From: Deltaproteobacteria bacterium
Lineage (GTDB): Bacteria; Myxococcota_A; Polyangia; JAAYKL01
Assembly (NCBI GenBank): GCA_029565915.1
Contig: JAKQNG010000204.1
Span: forward strand, 8,755-72,754
Reading direction: 5' to 3'
Length of the DNA: 64,000 nt
The notes below the pieces were generated by a model. That model was given only the letters and a program-made list of their open reading frames with translations, was not told the origin of the DNA and searched no databases. This document shows positions 38,301-48,883 of the stretch, one piece after another (the stretch's first letter is position 1; each line of letters opens with the position of its first letter). Made by a program: the position numbers and the translations under genes.

Positions 38301-40280
38301 TTACATGGACATCGGCCCGCCATCGGGCAGGGGAAGGCGGATGATGAACGTTGTTCCTTCACCGGGACGGGAGTCCACGCGCATTTCGCCGCGATGGGTT
38401 TCTGTGATGATGAAGTAGGACACGGCAAGCCCCAACCCGGTGCCCACACCCACTTCCTTGGTGGTAAAAAACGGCTCGAATACGCGCTTCGCAATGTGTT
38501 CATCCATTCCGGGGCCGTTGTCGGCAATATCGATCTGCAGCATGCCGTCGCGGATGTGTACGCGAATAACGAACTTCGAAGGCACGCGGGAACCGGTCAC
38601 CAGTCGCTGTTCGGCCATGGCCTGGGCGCCATTTTTGAAAACGTTGAACAGCACCTGCTGGATGCGGCTCCGTTCGCAGAGGATGAGGGGCAATCCGGGC
38701 GCGTAGTCCCGTTCGATGGCGATTTTGCGAAAATCGTAATCGTTTTTCAAATCGTAGTCGTTTTTCATGAGCGCCAGGGTTTCCTCGATGAGCGCGGGGA
38801 CATCGTTGGAGGAACTGCTGGAGCTGTTTTTGCGCGTGAAGTTGAGCATGTTGCGGACGATATCCGTGGCCCGTTCTCCGGACTCGCGGATCATTCCGAT
38901 CATCTGCAGAATCCGCCGCTTTTCGAGATACGCTCGGATGGCGGCCATGGTGGTGCCCGCTTCCCGCGCCGCGTCCACATTGGCAGCGAGATCGTCGCGG
39001 AACCGGTTTTCGAGCACCTGAGCGTTCTGCAGCATTCCGCCGAGGGGGTTGTTGATTTCGTGGGCCATGCCCGCGGCGAGCCCGCCCACGGAGATCATCT
39101 TTTCCGACTGCAGCATCATTTCTTCGAACCGCTTCTTTTCACTCACATCGTCCACGCGGATCACTGCCCCTTCCACGCCGTTGGCCACCAGCGGAAAGAT
39201 GGTCACGTCCTCATAGCGCAGCTCATCGTTGACCAGCGTCTTCCGGGTGGGCGAGGTGTGAATCCGCCGCTGACGCATGGCGGCGAGAATATCGTCCATC
39301 TGCGCCGCAAAGCGGGGAAACACATCCGTCAGGTTCTTTCCCACGGCCTCTGCCGCGCGCACGCCGGTCTGCTGCTCCGCGTGGCGGTTCCACTGGGTCA
39401 CCCGGCCGTCCGCGTCCACGGACACCAGCACGGAGGGCATGGAATTGATGATGTTGTCCACGTAGTTGCGTATGTGGATGAGCTCTTTTTCGGCCTGCTT
39501 GCGCGCCGTAATATCCTGCAGGTGTTCAATGACGTACTGCACCTCTCCAGTTTCATTGAGGATGGGATAAGAACGACACAGGAGCCACACCTGCTTTCCG
39601 GTGTGGAACTTTTCAATTTCCGCCGGCTGCTTCGTTTCCCGCGCGATTCTGCTCGCACATTCGTCGCAGGGGTTGTTCCGGCCGATGACTTCGAAACAGT
39701 ATTGCCCTTTCACCTCTTCCAGCGACTTTCCGTGAAAGCGATAGCCCGCCGCATTGTACCGGATGACGCGGCGATCCCGATCCTGCACGCCGATGACGTC
39801 CGGGATGCCGTTGAGCACTGCTTCCAGCAGCTCCTTGCTGTCGGCGAGCTCCCTGGTGCGGTGCGCAATCTCTTCCTCCAGCGCTCGTTGTCGCGCGGCG
39901 ATGGCAAGGTGATTCTGAATCCGCGCGATCAGTTCGTCGGGGAAAACGGGCTTGGTCAGAAAGTCCGCGGCGCCCGCCGCAAAAGCCCCGGACATGATTT
40001 CCGCATCCGCGAATCCGGTGATGAACACCACGGGAATCCGCGCGGTGGCGGCATCGGCCTTCAGCGCCGCGCAGACAGATACGCCGTTTCCATCGGGCAG
40101 GTTCACGTCCAGCAGAATGAGGGCGGGCGGGGCGGTGGCGATGGCCTCCCGGGCGGCGGCGGCGGTGGCGGTGGTGCGGGTCTCCAGACCCCGGGATGTC
40201 AGGGTGGCCGCACAGAGATCACGGCTCAGCGGATCGTCGTCGACAACCAGAATATGTCGGCCGGCCGTGTCTTCGTTCAT
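38301..40280 (-). CDS. Hybrid response regulator / sensor kinase (REC - PAS - PAS - HisKA - HATPase).
   Basis: N-terminal receiver (ILVVDDDP...LLDVNLPDGNG). H-box AAGMAHEINNPL. HATPase DNGPGM...GLGLAVS. Confidence 0.85.
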   Translation of the reverse strand: MNEDTAGRHILVVDDDPLSRDLCAATLTSRGLETRTTATAAAAREAIATAPPALILLDVNLPDGNGVSVCAALKADAATARIPVVFITGFADAEIMSGAFAAGAADFLTKPVFPDELIARIQNHLAIAARQRALEEEIAHRTRELADSKELLEAVLNGIPDVIGVQDRDRRVIRYNAAGYRFHGKSLEEVKGQYCFEVIGRNNPCDECASRIARETKQPAEIEKFHTGKQVWLLCRSYPILNETGEVQYVIEHLQDITARKQAEKELIHIRNYVDNIINSMPSVLVSVDADGRVTQWNRHAEQQTGVRAAEAVGKNLTDVFPRFAAQMDDILAAMRQRRIHTSPTRKTLVNDELRYEDVTIFPLVANGVEGAVIRVDDVSEKKRFEEMMLQSEKMISVGGLAAGMAHEINNPLGGMLQNAQVLENRFRDDLAANVDAAREAGTTMAAIRAYLEKRRILQMIGMIRESGERATDIVRNMLNFTRKNSSSSSSNDVPALIEETLALMKNDYDLKNDYDFRKIAIERDYAPGLPLILCERSRIQQVLFNVFKNGAQAMAEQRLVTGSRVPSKFVIRVHIRDGMLQIDIADNGPGMDEHIAKRVFEPFFTTKEVGVGTGLGLAVSYFIITETHRGEMRVDSRPGEGTTFIIRLPLPDGGPMSM

Positions 40281-40431
40281 CCGACTGTCCACCCCTTCAT
40301 CGGAACGCTGGAGACAACTGACAGAACATCAATGTTACTTTATCGCGCGATAATTAGAACAGAGAAAACCCGTCGGTGCTGCTTTCCCATCTTTCCTTGC
40401 AGACTCCCCGGGCCGTCACTACGATGCACCC

Positions 40432-40896
40432 ATGACCGGAGACTGTCTGGAAAACGGCCTGGTGCGAACCATTGCGGGAAATCAGGCCGTTGTGGTGGTG
40501 ACGCGAACGGAGGCCTGCGGGGCCTGTGCCGCAAGAGGTGCATGTCACGCCCTCGGCGGAGAGAAGGAAGATCTCGCGTTGACACTCGACAATGAGATCG
40601 GAGCGCAGGAAGGGGACACGGTGGCCATCCGCATGCCCTCGGACGCCATCGTGCGGATCTCCGCCATTCTTTATCTGGTGCCGGCCCTGGCGCTCCTTTC
40701 CTTTGCGACGTGCGGGTTCCTGCTGGCGTCACAGGCGGGAATCGCGGGCGACACGGGAACCATCGTCGGCGCGGTGGCGGGCCTGTTGTCGGGATTCGGG
40801 GCCTCCCGGCTTCTGGGTACGCGACTGCGGCGCAAAGGAGAGGGCGTGCCCCGGATGACGGCCATTGTGAACCGATCGGAGGAAAACAGAAAATGA
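40432..40896 (+). CDS. RseC/MucC family protein (SoxR-reducing system component-like).
   Basis: Cys cluster (TEACGACAARGAC) followed by two TM helices. The stop overlaps the next start. Confidence 0.6.
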   Translation: MTGDCLENGLVRTIAGNQAVVVVTRTEACGACAARGACHALGGEKEDLALTLDNEIGAQEGDTVAIRMPSDAIVRISAILYLVPALALLSFATCGFLLASQAGIAGDTGTIVGAVAGLLSGFGASRLLGTRLRRKGEGVPRMTAIVNRSEENRK

Positions 40897-41435
40897 ATGT
40901 GAATGAGGCCATCCGGATGCGCAAGAGCGTGCGGCGATATCGCAGCACTGATGTAGAAGAAGAAAAGCTGACGGAGATCCTGGAAGCAGCGAGGCTCGCG
41001 CCGTCAGCCAGCAATCGGCAGGAGTGGCGATTTATCGTCGTGCGGGATGCAATGACACGTCGTCAGCTCGCCAACGCGGCCAATCAGCAGGCCTTTGTGG
41101 CCGACGCGCCGGTGGTCATCGCGTGCTGTGCGATGACGGACAACCATCTGATGGCCTGCGGTCAGCCCTGCTATCCCATCGACGTCGCCATCGCCATCGA
41201 CCACATGACGCTGGTCGCTGCGTCCCTGGGCCTCGGCACCTGCTGGATCGGCGCATTTGAGGAACCGGCGGTCCGGGGCATTCTCCACATCCCGCGGGAC
41301 GTGCGGATCGTTGAGCTGCTCACCCTCGGATATCCCACTGATCCGTCCATCAAACAGAAGAACCGCCTGGCCCTCCAACAGATTGTCCACTACGAGCGCT
41401 GGAACGGATCGACAAACGGACTGGAGAAGGAATGA
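40893..41435 (+). CDS. Nitroreductase family protein.
   Basis: RKSVRRY...LEAARLAPSASNRQEWRFIVV signature. Confidence 0.8.
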   Translation: MNVNEAIRMRKSVRRYRSTDVEEEKLTEILEAARLAPSASNRQEWRFIVVRDAMTRRQLANAANQQAFVADAPVVIACCAMTDNHLMACGQPCYPIDVAIAIDHMTLVAASLGLGTCWIGAFEEPAVRGILHIPRDVRIVELLTLGYPTDPSIKQKNRLALQQIVHYERWNGSTNGLEKE

Positions 41436-42127
41436 TGACCGATCTGAAAGGAAAGTGGGCCCTCGTGACGGGCTCGAGTCGCGGCATCGGCCGGCAGATT
41501 GCCCTGGGTCTCGCGCAACGCGGGGTGAACATCATCGTGCACGGGCGCACGATGGCAAACGCGGAGGCCACACGTCAACTGCTGGCCCCCAAAGGGGTGC
41601 AGACCGCATGCATCTGCGGCAGTCTCGACAGCGACGACGGAGCCCGCGGGATCGTCGAGCAGGCCCGGGCGGTGGCAGATATCGATATCCTTTACAACAA
41701 CGCGGCCATCCAGAACGAATGGAAGGAGGTCTGGGATATCGCCATCGACGAGTGGAAAGCGTTGTTCCAGATCAATTTCTTTTCGCAGGTGATCATCGCC
41801 AACGGGCTGCTGCCGGGCATGGTGAAACGGGGATGGGGCCGTGCGATCATCCTGACGAGCGGCATTCCCGACATTCCCCAGCTGTCTCCCTACGGCGCCT
41901 CCAAATGGGCGGTGAACAAGTATGTCTTCGACATGGCGGCGCAGCTCCGGGGTTCGGGCGTGACCATCCATGCGCTGGATCCGGGCTGGCTGCGGACGGA
42001 TCTGGGTGGCCCGGAGGGAGAACACCCGGTGGAGGCAGTTCTGCCCGGCGCTCTCGTTCCCGTCATCACCGACAACGTCATTCCCAGCGGTGCCGTGTAC
42101 CGGGCCCAGGACTACCGGGGTCTGTAA
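41432..42127 (+). CDS. Short-chain dehydrogenase/reductase (SDR).
   Basis: TGSSRGIGRQIA Rossmann motif. YxxxK (YGASKWAVNK). Confidence 0.85.
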   Translation: MMTDLKGKWALVTGSSRGIGRQIALGLAQRGVNIIVHGRTMANAEATRQLLAPKGVQTACICGSLDSDDGARGIVEQARAVADIDILYNNAAIQNEWKEVWDIAIDEWKALFQINFFSQVIIANGLLPGMVKRGWGRAIILTSGIPDIPQLSPYGASKWAVNKYVFDMAAQLRGSGVTIHALDPGWLRTDLGGPEGEHPVEAVLPGALVPVITDNVIPSGAVYRAQDYRGL

Positions 42128-42129
42128 AT

Positions 42130-42893
42130 CGGCGGAACTGATTAGAAAGGTACATTCCGCTTCATCCGGGTCCGGAATCCCTCCCGTTTGCCTTCTGAAA
42201 AAGTAACAATTTGAAATTATTAATATTTTAAGTATTTTCCGAACGATAAAGACAGGTCATTTCGCCGACGTGGAAATAAAAAATGAATATTCTGGAGATA
42301 TATATTGGCAACTCTGCATTCCGGCGGTATATTTATTTTCGGAAGGCACCCATGCGGACGGGAACCCGGAAAGGTGCTTTCTAAAAAGGATTTCCGGCCA
42401 TGTGCCGGTGGTGCGACGACCCCGAAAGGGGATATCTGGACTGTCTCTGAACTGAAGGAACCCGAACACGGATGGAGTGCGACGCCCGGATTTGACACCG
42501 GGTCGTCTGGACTGCTCCAGGACTGAGGAACCCAAACACGGAAGAAAGGAGGAAAACCGTGCTTGCAGCACTGGACCAGTTCCGTGGTTCCCGCCACGGC
42601 CGCGTCGCATGTTTTAACAAAGAACTTGCCCGCCGATACCAGCATCCGATGGCGCGCGTTTTCATAGTAGCGGATTCCCGCGGTAAAAATTGCGGTTTCT
42701 GATTAATGGTGTGGATGCTTTCCATCGGCTCCGGGGCTTTTATCTTCAATATATTGAATTTGTATTCCTCAAGTCCTGCGGTGAGGCGGAATCCGGTTGA
42801 AGTACGGACAGTCCCGGTGTAACAAAACTGCGAAATTTTTTACGCGGTCCAAGCGACGGTACCGTCCCGAACGAACAATCGAAGGAGAACACC
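42130..42893 (+). promoter_or_regulatory. 764-nt non-coding leader upstream of oadGAB: AT-rich islet, triplicated GGAACCC(G/A)AACACGG motif, and a stable hairpin.
   Basis: AT-rich stretch at 42199-42340. Motif copies at 42361, 42457 and 42527. The latter two sit in 38-nt direct repeats at 42437-42476 and 42508-42545. Hairpin CCGTGGttcccgCCACGG at 42581-42598. RBS GAAGGAGA precedes the oadG ATG. Confidence 0.5.
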
Positions 42894-43124
42894 ATGAACG
42901 AAATGTTACTGCAGGGGCTTGAACTGATGGCAGCCGGCATGGGAACGGTCTTTCTGTTTCTCATCATCATGGTCTACGTGATGCACCTGTCGGGCGTGAT
43001 CCTCCGGCGGATGGGCACCGGCGAGACCGCGTCACCGGGTGGCGGCAGCGCGGGCGCCGGCGGGGATTCTCTTGAACAGGTTGCTGTGGCAATTGCAGCG
43101 GCGAAACGTCATACGCAGGGTTGA
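42894..43124 (+). CDS. oadG: Oxaloacetate decarboxylase gamma subunit.
   Basis: 76 aa with one N-terminal TM helix (LMAAGMGTVFLFLIIMVYVM). Located immediately upstream of oadA. Confidence 0.7.
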   Translation: MNEMLLQGLELMAAGMGTVFLFLIIMVYVMHLSGVILRRMGTGETASPGGGSAGAGGDSLEQVAVAIAAAKRHTQG

Positions 43125-43137
43125 AAGGACAACGAAC

Positions 43138-44946
43138 GTGGCAAAGAAAAGAATCAAGTTCATGTGCACGGCGTTCCGGGATGGTTTCCAGTCTGTCTAC
43201 GGCGCCAGAGTTCTGACCAGAGACTTCATGCCCGCGGTGGAAGCGGCGAAAAATGCCGGAATTGACTGGTTCGAAGCCGGTGGCGGCGCGCGGTTCCAGT
43301 CCCTGTATTTCTACTGCAACGAAGACGCATTTGACATGATGGATACCTTCCGCAGGGTTGTCGGTCCGTCGGTGAATCTGCAGACCCTCGCCCGGGGCGT
43401 GAATGTGGTGGCCCTTGACTCCCAGCCGGCGGACGTGATCAAGCTGCATGCAGTGCTGTTCAAGAAGCACGGCATCACCAGCATCCGCAATTTCGATGCG
43501 CTGAACGACGTGAACAACCTGATCTACAGCGGTCGGTGCATCACGGAGGCGGGATTGAAACACCAGGTGTGCGTTTCGCTGATGGAGCTGCCGCCGGGCT
43601 GCACGGGTGCCCACGACCCGGATTTCTACGAAAAGACGCTGCGGAAAATCCTGGACGCGGGCATTCCCTACGATTCCGTCTGCTTCAAGGATGCCTCCGG
43701 GACGTCCGTTCCTGCAACCGTGTTCGAAACGGTGAAGCGGGCCAGGAAGATGCTGCCGGCCGGCATCCCCGTTCACTTTCATACGCACGAAACCGCGGGC
43801 ATCGGCGTGACCTGCTACAAGGCGGCCCTGGAGGCGGGCGCGGATGCCATCGATCTGTCCCTGGCGCCGGTGTCCGGCGGCACCTGTCAGCCGGACGTGG
43901 CCACCATGTGGCACGCCCTGCGCGGCACGGAGTTCGATCTGGGCGTGGACATCGACAAGGTGATGGAAGCCGAAGCCGTGTTCAAGGAGTGCATGAAGGA
44001 TTACTTCCTGCCGCCGGAAGCCACCATGGTGGAGCCCCTCATTCCCTGGAGTCCCATGCCGGGCGGCGCCCTGACGGCGAACACCCAGATGCTGCGGGAC
44101 AACCACCAGATGGACAAGTATCAGGACATCATCAAGGCCATGAAGGAAGTGGTTGTGCGGGGCGGCTTCGGCACGTCCGTCACGCCCGTGTCCCAGTTCT
44201 ACTTCCAGCAGGCGTACAACAACGTGATTCACGGGCCCTGGAAGAAGATCGCCGAGGGCTATGGCAAAATGGTGCTCGGTTATTTCGGCCAGACACCGGT
44301 GCCCGCAGATCCGGAAATCGTGAAGATCGCCGCAGAGGCGCTCAAGCTGGAGCCCACCACGAAGACCGCGATGGAAATTGACGACGCGGATCCGAAAAAA
44401 GGCCTCGGCGCGGCAAGGAAGATGCTGGAGGCGGAAAAGCTGCCGGTGACGGACGAAAATCTCTTCATCGTCGCGTCCTGCAAAGACAAGGGCATCCTCT
44501 ACCTGAAAGGGGAGGCCCGGGTGAACGTGCGTAAGAAAGATCCGGCCGCGGCGGCCCCTGCCGCTGCGGGTGCAAAGGCCTCCAGCTACACCGTCACGGT
44601 CAGCGGCACGCCCTACACCGTGTCGTTTGACGGCGACCGGGCCAGCGTGAACGGCCGCTCCTACGACGTGAAGGTGGAAGCCGGCGGATCGGCTCCTGCG
44701 ACCGGCCAGGCGCCGGCAAAGGCATCGGGCGAAACGTCCACCGTGGCCGCGGCCCTGCCGGGCCTCATTGTGCGGATTCCCGCTAAAGTGGGCGATTCGG
44801 TGAAACCCGGAGATGTCCTTGTGGTGATGGAAGCCATGAAGATGGAAATGAATATCGAGGCGGTGTCCGCCGGAACGGTGTCTGCCATCAAGGTAAAGCC
44901 TGGCGACCAGGTGACCCCGGGTACGGAGATGGTGGTCCTCAACTGA
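43138..44946 (+). CDS. oadA: Oxaloacetate decarboxylase alpha subunit (carboxyltransferase + biotinyl domain).
   Basis: Pyruvate carboxyltransferase TIM-barrel. C-terminal biotinyl-lysine motif EAMKMEMNIEA. GTG start with RBS AAGGA. Confidence 0.9.
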   Translation: MAKKRIKFMCTAFRDGFQSVYGARVLTRDFMPAVEAAKNAGIDWFEAGGGARFQSLYFYCNEDAFDMMDTFRRVVGPSVNLQTLARGVNVVALDSQPADVIKLHAVLFKKHGITSIRNFDALNDVNNLIYSGRCITEAGLKHQVCVSLMELPPGCTGAHDPDFYEKTLRKILDAGIPYDSVCFKDASGTSVPATVFETVKRARKMLPAGIPVHFHTHETAGIGVTCYKAALEAGADAIDLSLAPVSGGTCQPDVATMWHALRGTEFDLGVDIDKVMEAEAVFKECMKDYFLPPEATMVEPLIPWSPMPGGALTANTQMLRDNHQMDKYQDIIKAMKEVVVRGGFGTSVTPVSQFYFQQAYNNVIHGPWKKIAEGYGKMVLGYFGQTPVPADPEIVKIAAEALKLEPTTKTAMEIDDADPKKGLGAARKMLEAEKLPVTDENLFIVASCKDKGILYLKGEARVNVRKKDPAAAAPAAAGAKASSYTVTVSGTPYTVSFDGDRASVNGRSYDVKVEAGGSAPATGQAPAKASGETSTVAAALPGLIVRIPAKVGDSVKPGDVLVVMEAMKMEMNIEAVSAGTVSAIKVKPGDQVTPGTEMVVLN

Positions 44947-44973
44947 TTGTTCCTTCTGCAAGGAGAAGTTCCC

Positions 44974-46362
44974 GTGACGAATACAAAGAATACCTTTCTG
45001 CGGATGTCCCGCTCCTGGTGGATTGCCTTCCTGGCCATCCTCGTCGTCGGCACGGCGGCCTCCGCCCTGCTGGCAGCGGACGACAGCGCCCCTGCTCAGT
45101 CGCCTATTGTGGAACCGGATGGTTCGCCGGTGGTGGAGCAGAAGGATAACGCCTTCATGAAGCTGGTGAAGAGCACCGGTCTCTACGCCCTGGCGCAGGG
45201 ATTCATCGAGCTCGGCGGCGGCACGCCGTCGCCAGTGCCGGAGATGGGCTTCCGCCCCAAGAAAAACGTGGAAAAGGAAAAACCCCTGCTGCCGGACGGC
45301 GTGGGCAAGGTGGTGATGATCGCCGTTTCCCTGCTGCTGATCTGGCTGGCCATCAAGAAGGGCTTTGAACCCCTGCTGCTGCTGCCCATCGGCTTCGGCG
45401 GCATTCTGGCAAACATTCCGGTGGAGCACATCGCGGGGCCGGATGGTTTCCTCGGCATCATCTTCGGCTTCGGCATTTCCAACGGCCTCTTCCCCCTGTT
45501 CATTTTCATGGGGGTGGGTGCCATGACCGATTTCGGTCCCCTCATCGCGAATCCGAAGACCGCCCTGCTGGGCGCGGCGGCCCAGTTCGGCATCTTCGCC
45601 ACCCTGCTGGGCGCCATCGCCCTCGGTTTTGACATGCGGGAGGCGGCCTCCATCGGCATCATCGGCGGCGCGGACGGCCCCACGTCCATCTACGTGACGG
45701 TGCGCATGGCCGAACACCTGCTCGGTGCGGTGGCGGTGGCCGCCTATTCCTACATGGCGCTGGTGCCCATCATCCAGCCGCCCATCATGCGCCTGCTGAC
45801 CACAAAGGCCGAGCGGGCCATCAAGATGGACCAGCTGCGGTTCGTGAGCAAAACCGAAAAAATCGTATTTCCGCTGGTGGTGCTGGGCCTGTGCATCCTG
45901 CTGCTGCCCAGCGCGACGCCCCTCATCGGCGCCCTGTGCTTCGGCAACCTGGTGCGGGAAGCGGGTGTGGTGGAGCGGCTCAGCAAGACCCTGCAGAACG
46001 AATTCATCAACATCGTCACCATCCTGCTGGGCCTCACCGTGGGGTCCAAGCTCTCCGCCGACAAGTTCCTGTGCCTCGGCACCCTGAAAATCCTGGTCCT
46101 CGGATGTGCGGCCTTCTCCCTCGGCACCGCCGCGGGTGTGGTGCTCGCAAAAATCATGAACAAATTTTCCAAGTCCCCCATCAATCCCCTCATCGGCTCA
46201 GCCGGCGTATCCGCTGTGCCCATGGCCGCCCGGGTGTCCAACACCGTGGGACTCGAGGCCAACAAGACCAACTTCCTGCTCATGCACGCCATGGGTCCCA
46301 ACGTCTCCGGCGTGATCGGTTCCGCGGTGGCCGCCGGCGTTCTCCTCGCCCTCATCGACTGA
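44974..46362 (+). CDS. oadB: Na+-translocating decarboxylase beta subunit.
   Basis: Polytopic OadB-family membrane protein. RBS AAGGAG, then a GTG at 44974. The ORF-track start at 44947 is a non-ATG codon. Confidence 0.9.
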   Translation: MTNTKNTFLRMSRSWWIAFLAILVVGTAASALLAADDSAPAQSPIVEPDGSPVVEQKDNAFMKLVKSTGLYALAQGFIELGGGTPSPVPEMGFRPKKNVEKEKPLLPDGVGKVVMIAVSLLLIWLAIKKGFEPLLLLPIGFGGILANIPVEHIAGPDGFLGIIFGFGISNGLFPLFIFMGVGAMTDFGPLIANPKTALLGAAAQFGIFATLLGAIALGFDMREAASIGIIGGADGPTSIYVTVRMAEHLLGAVAVAAYSYMALVPIIQPPIMRLLTTKAERAIKMDQLRFVSKTEKIVFPLVVLGLCILLLPSATPLIGALCFGNLVREAGVVERLSKTLQNEFINIVTILLGLTVGSKLSADKFLCLGTLKILVLGCAAFSLGTAAGVVLAKIMNKFSKSPINPLIGSAGVSAVPMAARVSNTVGLEANKTNFLLMHAMGPNVSGVIGSAVAAGVLLALID

Positions 46363-47374
46363 TCAGGTACGCGGCCTTTTCTTGACGTTCCAGGATGGCT
46401 TCCACGTCTGACAACGCCCTGCGCAGGGCCTCGCTTTGCGGAAACGGTCCGGCGCTGTCCACGATGAGCTCCCGGGCAGCCCAGGGATCCCGGGCCCGCA
46501 GCAGCAGGGACACCCGCCGTGCCAGTTGTTCGTCGTCGCCGGGGCCCAGGGTGTGGATGTGGCGCACCGCCCGCCGGAAGAGACCGGCAGACAGCAGCGC
46601 CTCGATGAGCTCCAGCCGTCCCGGATCGTTTGTGCTGTCGCCCGCGACAACCGCTTCGAGCAGCGCGATGCCGCCGGCCCGGTTGCCGTCCGCCAGCATG
46701 GCGAGGGCCAGTTGACGGGCTTCTTCCCGGTCATCGCCACCGGCATTCAGATACCGCACGAGGTATACGGTAGCCGCGTCCCGGTCGCCCGTTGCCCGGG
46801 CGGCATGGGAGCAGGTGCGCAGGACGGGAGCGGTCTCGCGCTTCGCGAGGGCCTGTCGGCACAGATCGAGGGCGGTGGCGGGACTGGTGGGCAGATGATG
46901 ATCTGCCAGCCACAGGAGCCCATCCGTTCCTTCCGGATCCACTTCGACCGCGTGCTGTGCCGCGGCGACGGCGTCATCCATGCGATCCTGCGATCGGTGG
47001 AGGTCCGCGAGGACCAGCCAGGGGCGGGGTGACGCGGGATCGATGGAGACGGCCCTGCCCAGACAGCGGCGCGCCCGATCCGGTTCGCCCCGGGCCATGC
47101 GCAGCTCCGCCATCTTCACCCACAGCAGGCAGTCATCGTCGTCCCCGTCAAGGGCCTTTTCCAGCTCCGCAAGGGCCTTGTCGAGCTCGCCCCGGCGCTG
47201 GTAGATGTCCGACCGCAGCAGATGCTCGTAGGCATAGGGAGAACCCCATCTCGCCTCGTCCTGCTGCGCACCGTCGTCCCTGTGGCGCGTTGGATCGAGC
47301 ATCCGGCGGAAGGTGAAGCATCCCGGGACTGCCGCGGTGAGCGCAATCAGCAGAATGGTCAGTATCCGCCCCAT
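46352..47374 (-). CDS. Secreted TPR-repeat protein.
   Basis: Signal peptide [11 protein letters not shown]. Multiple TPR-like helical repeats. Confidence 0.6.
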   Translation of the reverse strand: MGRILTILLIALTAAVPGCFTFRRMLDPTRHRDDGAQQDEARWGSPYAYEHLLRSDIYQRRGELDKALAELEKALDGDDDDCLLWVKMAELRMARGEPDRARRCLGRAVSIDPASPRPWLVLADLHRSQDRMDDAVAAAQHAVEVDPEGTDGLLWLADHHLPTSPATALDLCRQALAKRETAPVLRTCSHAARATGDRDAATVYLVRYLNAGGDDREEARQLALAMLADGNRAGGIALLEAVVAGDSTNDPGRLELIEALLSAGLFRRAVRHIHTLGPGDDEQLARRVSLLLRARDPWAARELIVDSAGPFPQSEALRRALSDVEAILERQEKAAYLISR

Positions 47375-47376
47375 GG

Positions 47377-48354
47377 TCAGTCCTTCTCCGTAGCCCGCGC
47401 CACCATCAACAGGTAGGTCCGGGCGGCTTCCACGCGGGTGAACGGGTCCTCACTGGCCATGGCCGCCGCCGCCGCGGCCAGATCCACCGCACCGGGCGCT
47501 GCCCCCACGGCGCCCAGCATCCGCACCGCTTCCCGCTGCAGGGCGCCATTGCCCCGCACGCAGATCCGCCGCAGCAGCTCCGGTGGATGAAACCGCATGG
47601 GTGAATCCAGCAGTCGCAGCAGGACGCTGTTGGGCCAGGCATCCTTCTTGCGGGGAAAACCGCCGGCGGGTGCGGTCACGCCGAAGGAGGACAGCAGTTC
47701 GCCCCGCAGATCGGCCGCCAGCGGATATCGCGTGCCGTTCTGCGTTCCGGCCAGCTCGCGCCGTCTCGCCGCGGAAAACGCCACAGCCACGGCCAGCGGT
47801 CCGTTGTCGAAGGGCGCCAGCAGGGCGGGAAGCGCCTTCCATTCGTCGGGAAGCGGTGCGTCGGCGGTGGCGTCGCCCGCGTGCATGGCAGTGCGCAGTC
47901 CGTCCGGGACAGTTCCGCGTCGCGCGCAGGCCAGCCATGCGAATACCGCCACTTCCGGGGCCGTGTCGTCGTTCCCGCGCCAGGGGGGAAGCGGATCGTC
48001 AACGCGCTCGGCGATCCATCGCCAGCACAGGGCCGCCAGCAGCGGATCGGCGTCCTCGGTGCCGCGGGCGATGGCGGATTGTGCCTTTTCTTCGTCGTGG
48101 CGCAGGGACAGGCGCCGGGCGTACACCGCCGCCCAGGCAGCGAGGGTCGGGTCGTTGCCACTCAGGGCATCCGCGAGGATATCCGCCGCAACCTGCGCAT
48201 CCCTCTCCACCAGATCGTCGATGGGGCCGGGGTCTGTTTCCGTTGCGTTCGGTTCGTCCGGCGACTCCGCAATGACGCGGGAGGCACCACCGCTGCCCCC
48301 GCAGGCGCAGAGCAGTATCGTCGCGAACACCATCCCGGAGCGGCGGGGGATCAT
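47377..48354 (-). CDS. Hypothetical lipoprotein (helical repeat).
   Basis: Lipobox LLCAC. Overlaps both neighbouring genes by 4 nt (operon). Confidence 0.4.
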   Translation of the reverse strand: MIPRRSGMVFATILLCACGGSGGASRVIAESPDEPNATETDPGPIDDLVERDAQVAADILADALSGNDPTLAAWAAVYARRLSLRHDEEKAQSAIARGTEDADPLLAALCWRWIAERVDDPLPPWRGNDDTAPEVAVFAWLACARRGTVPDGLRTAMHAGDATADAPLPDEWKALPALLAPFDNGPLAVAVAFSAARRRELAGTQNGTRYPLAADLRGELLSSFGVTAPAGGFPRKKDAWPNSVLLRLLDSPMRFHPPELLRRICVRGNGALQREAVRMLGAVGAAPGAVDLAAAAAAMASEDPFTRVEAARTYLLMVARATEKD

Positions 48355-48845
48355 CCGGACACCAGGGCGCAGCGCGCGAGGGCGCCGGTAACTTCCAGGG
48401 CCCGGTAAAGGCCGATGGAGACGCTGTTGGCCAGATTGAGGGACCGCACGGTGTGCGAGAGCGTTGGAATACCGTAGGTGCAGCCCTCATATCTGGCGAG
48501 GATATCTGCTGACAGGCCCACGCTCTCCGAACCGAACACCAGCGCGCTGTCCTCTTTAAAAGGGGCGGTCAGATAGGACTGACGGGCCTTTGACGAAAAG
48601 ACGATGGGTTGATCGGTGCCGATGGCCTTGAGGCAGTCGTCCAGGGTGTCGTGGGTGGAGACGTCCACCAGGTGCCAGTAATCAAGGCCCGCCCGGCGTA
48701 CGGCCTTTTCGTCGATGGAAAATCCCAGCTCCCCCACCAGGTGCAGACAGGCGCCCGTGGCCGCGCAGAGACGGGCGATGTTGCCCGTGTTCTGGGGGAT
48801 CTCGGGGCGCACCAGCACAATGGACAGGGCCCTGCGATCCTTCAT
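48351..48845 (-). CDS. trmL: tRNA (cytidine/uridine-2'-O)-methyltransferase TrmL (SpoU class).
   Basis: LSIVLVRPEIPQNTGNIARLCAATGACLHLV is the SpoU/TrmL N-terminal signature. Confidence 0.8.
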   Translation of the reverse strand: MKDRRALSIVLVRPEIPQNTGNIARLCAATGACLHLVGELGFSIDEKAVRRAGLDYWHLVDVSTHDTLDDCLKAIGTDQPIVFSSKARQSYLTAPFKEDSALVFGSESVGLSADILARYEGCTYGIPTLSHTVRSLNLANSVSIGLYRALEVTGALARCALVSG

Positions 48846-48883
48846 TCGCAGGCGGGCGGTGGCGGACGTGTCCACGCCGGGTT

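Noticed and set aside
37791-40595. 934-aa + strand ORF spanning the rhodanese and hybrid-kinase genes.
   Set aside because: Antisense to two well-supported genes. Composition-driven (His/Gly/Arg-rich), with no motifs.
42303-42325. TTGGCAactcTGCAtt as a possible sigma-54 promoter in the oad leader.
   Set aside because: The GG-to-GC spacing is 8 nt rather than the required 10-11, so it does not fit the -24/-12 geometry.
42283-42387. 34-codon ATG ORF (MNILEIYIGNSAFRRYIYFRKAPMRTGTRKGAF) in the AT-rich leader.
   Set aside because: No RBS and host-atypical codons. More likely non-coding regulatory sequence.
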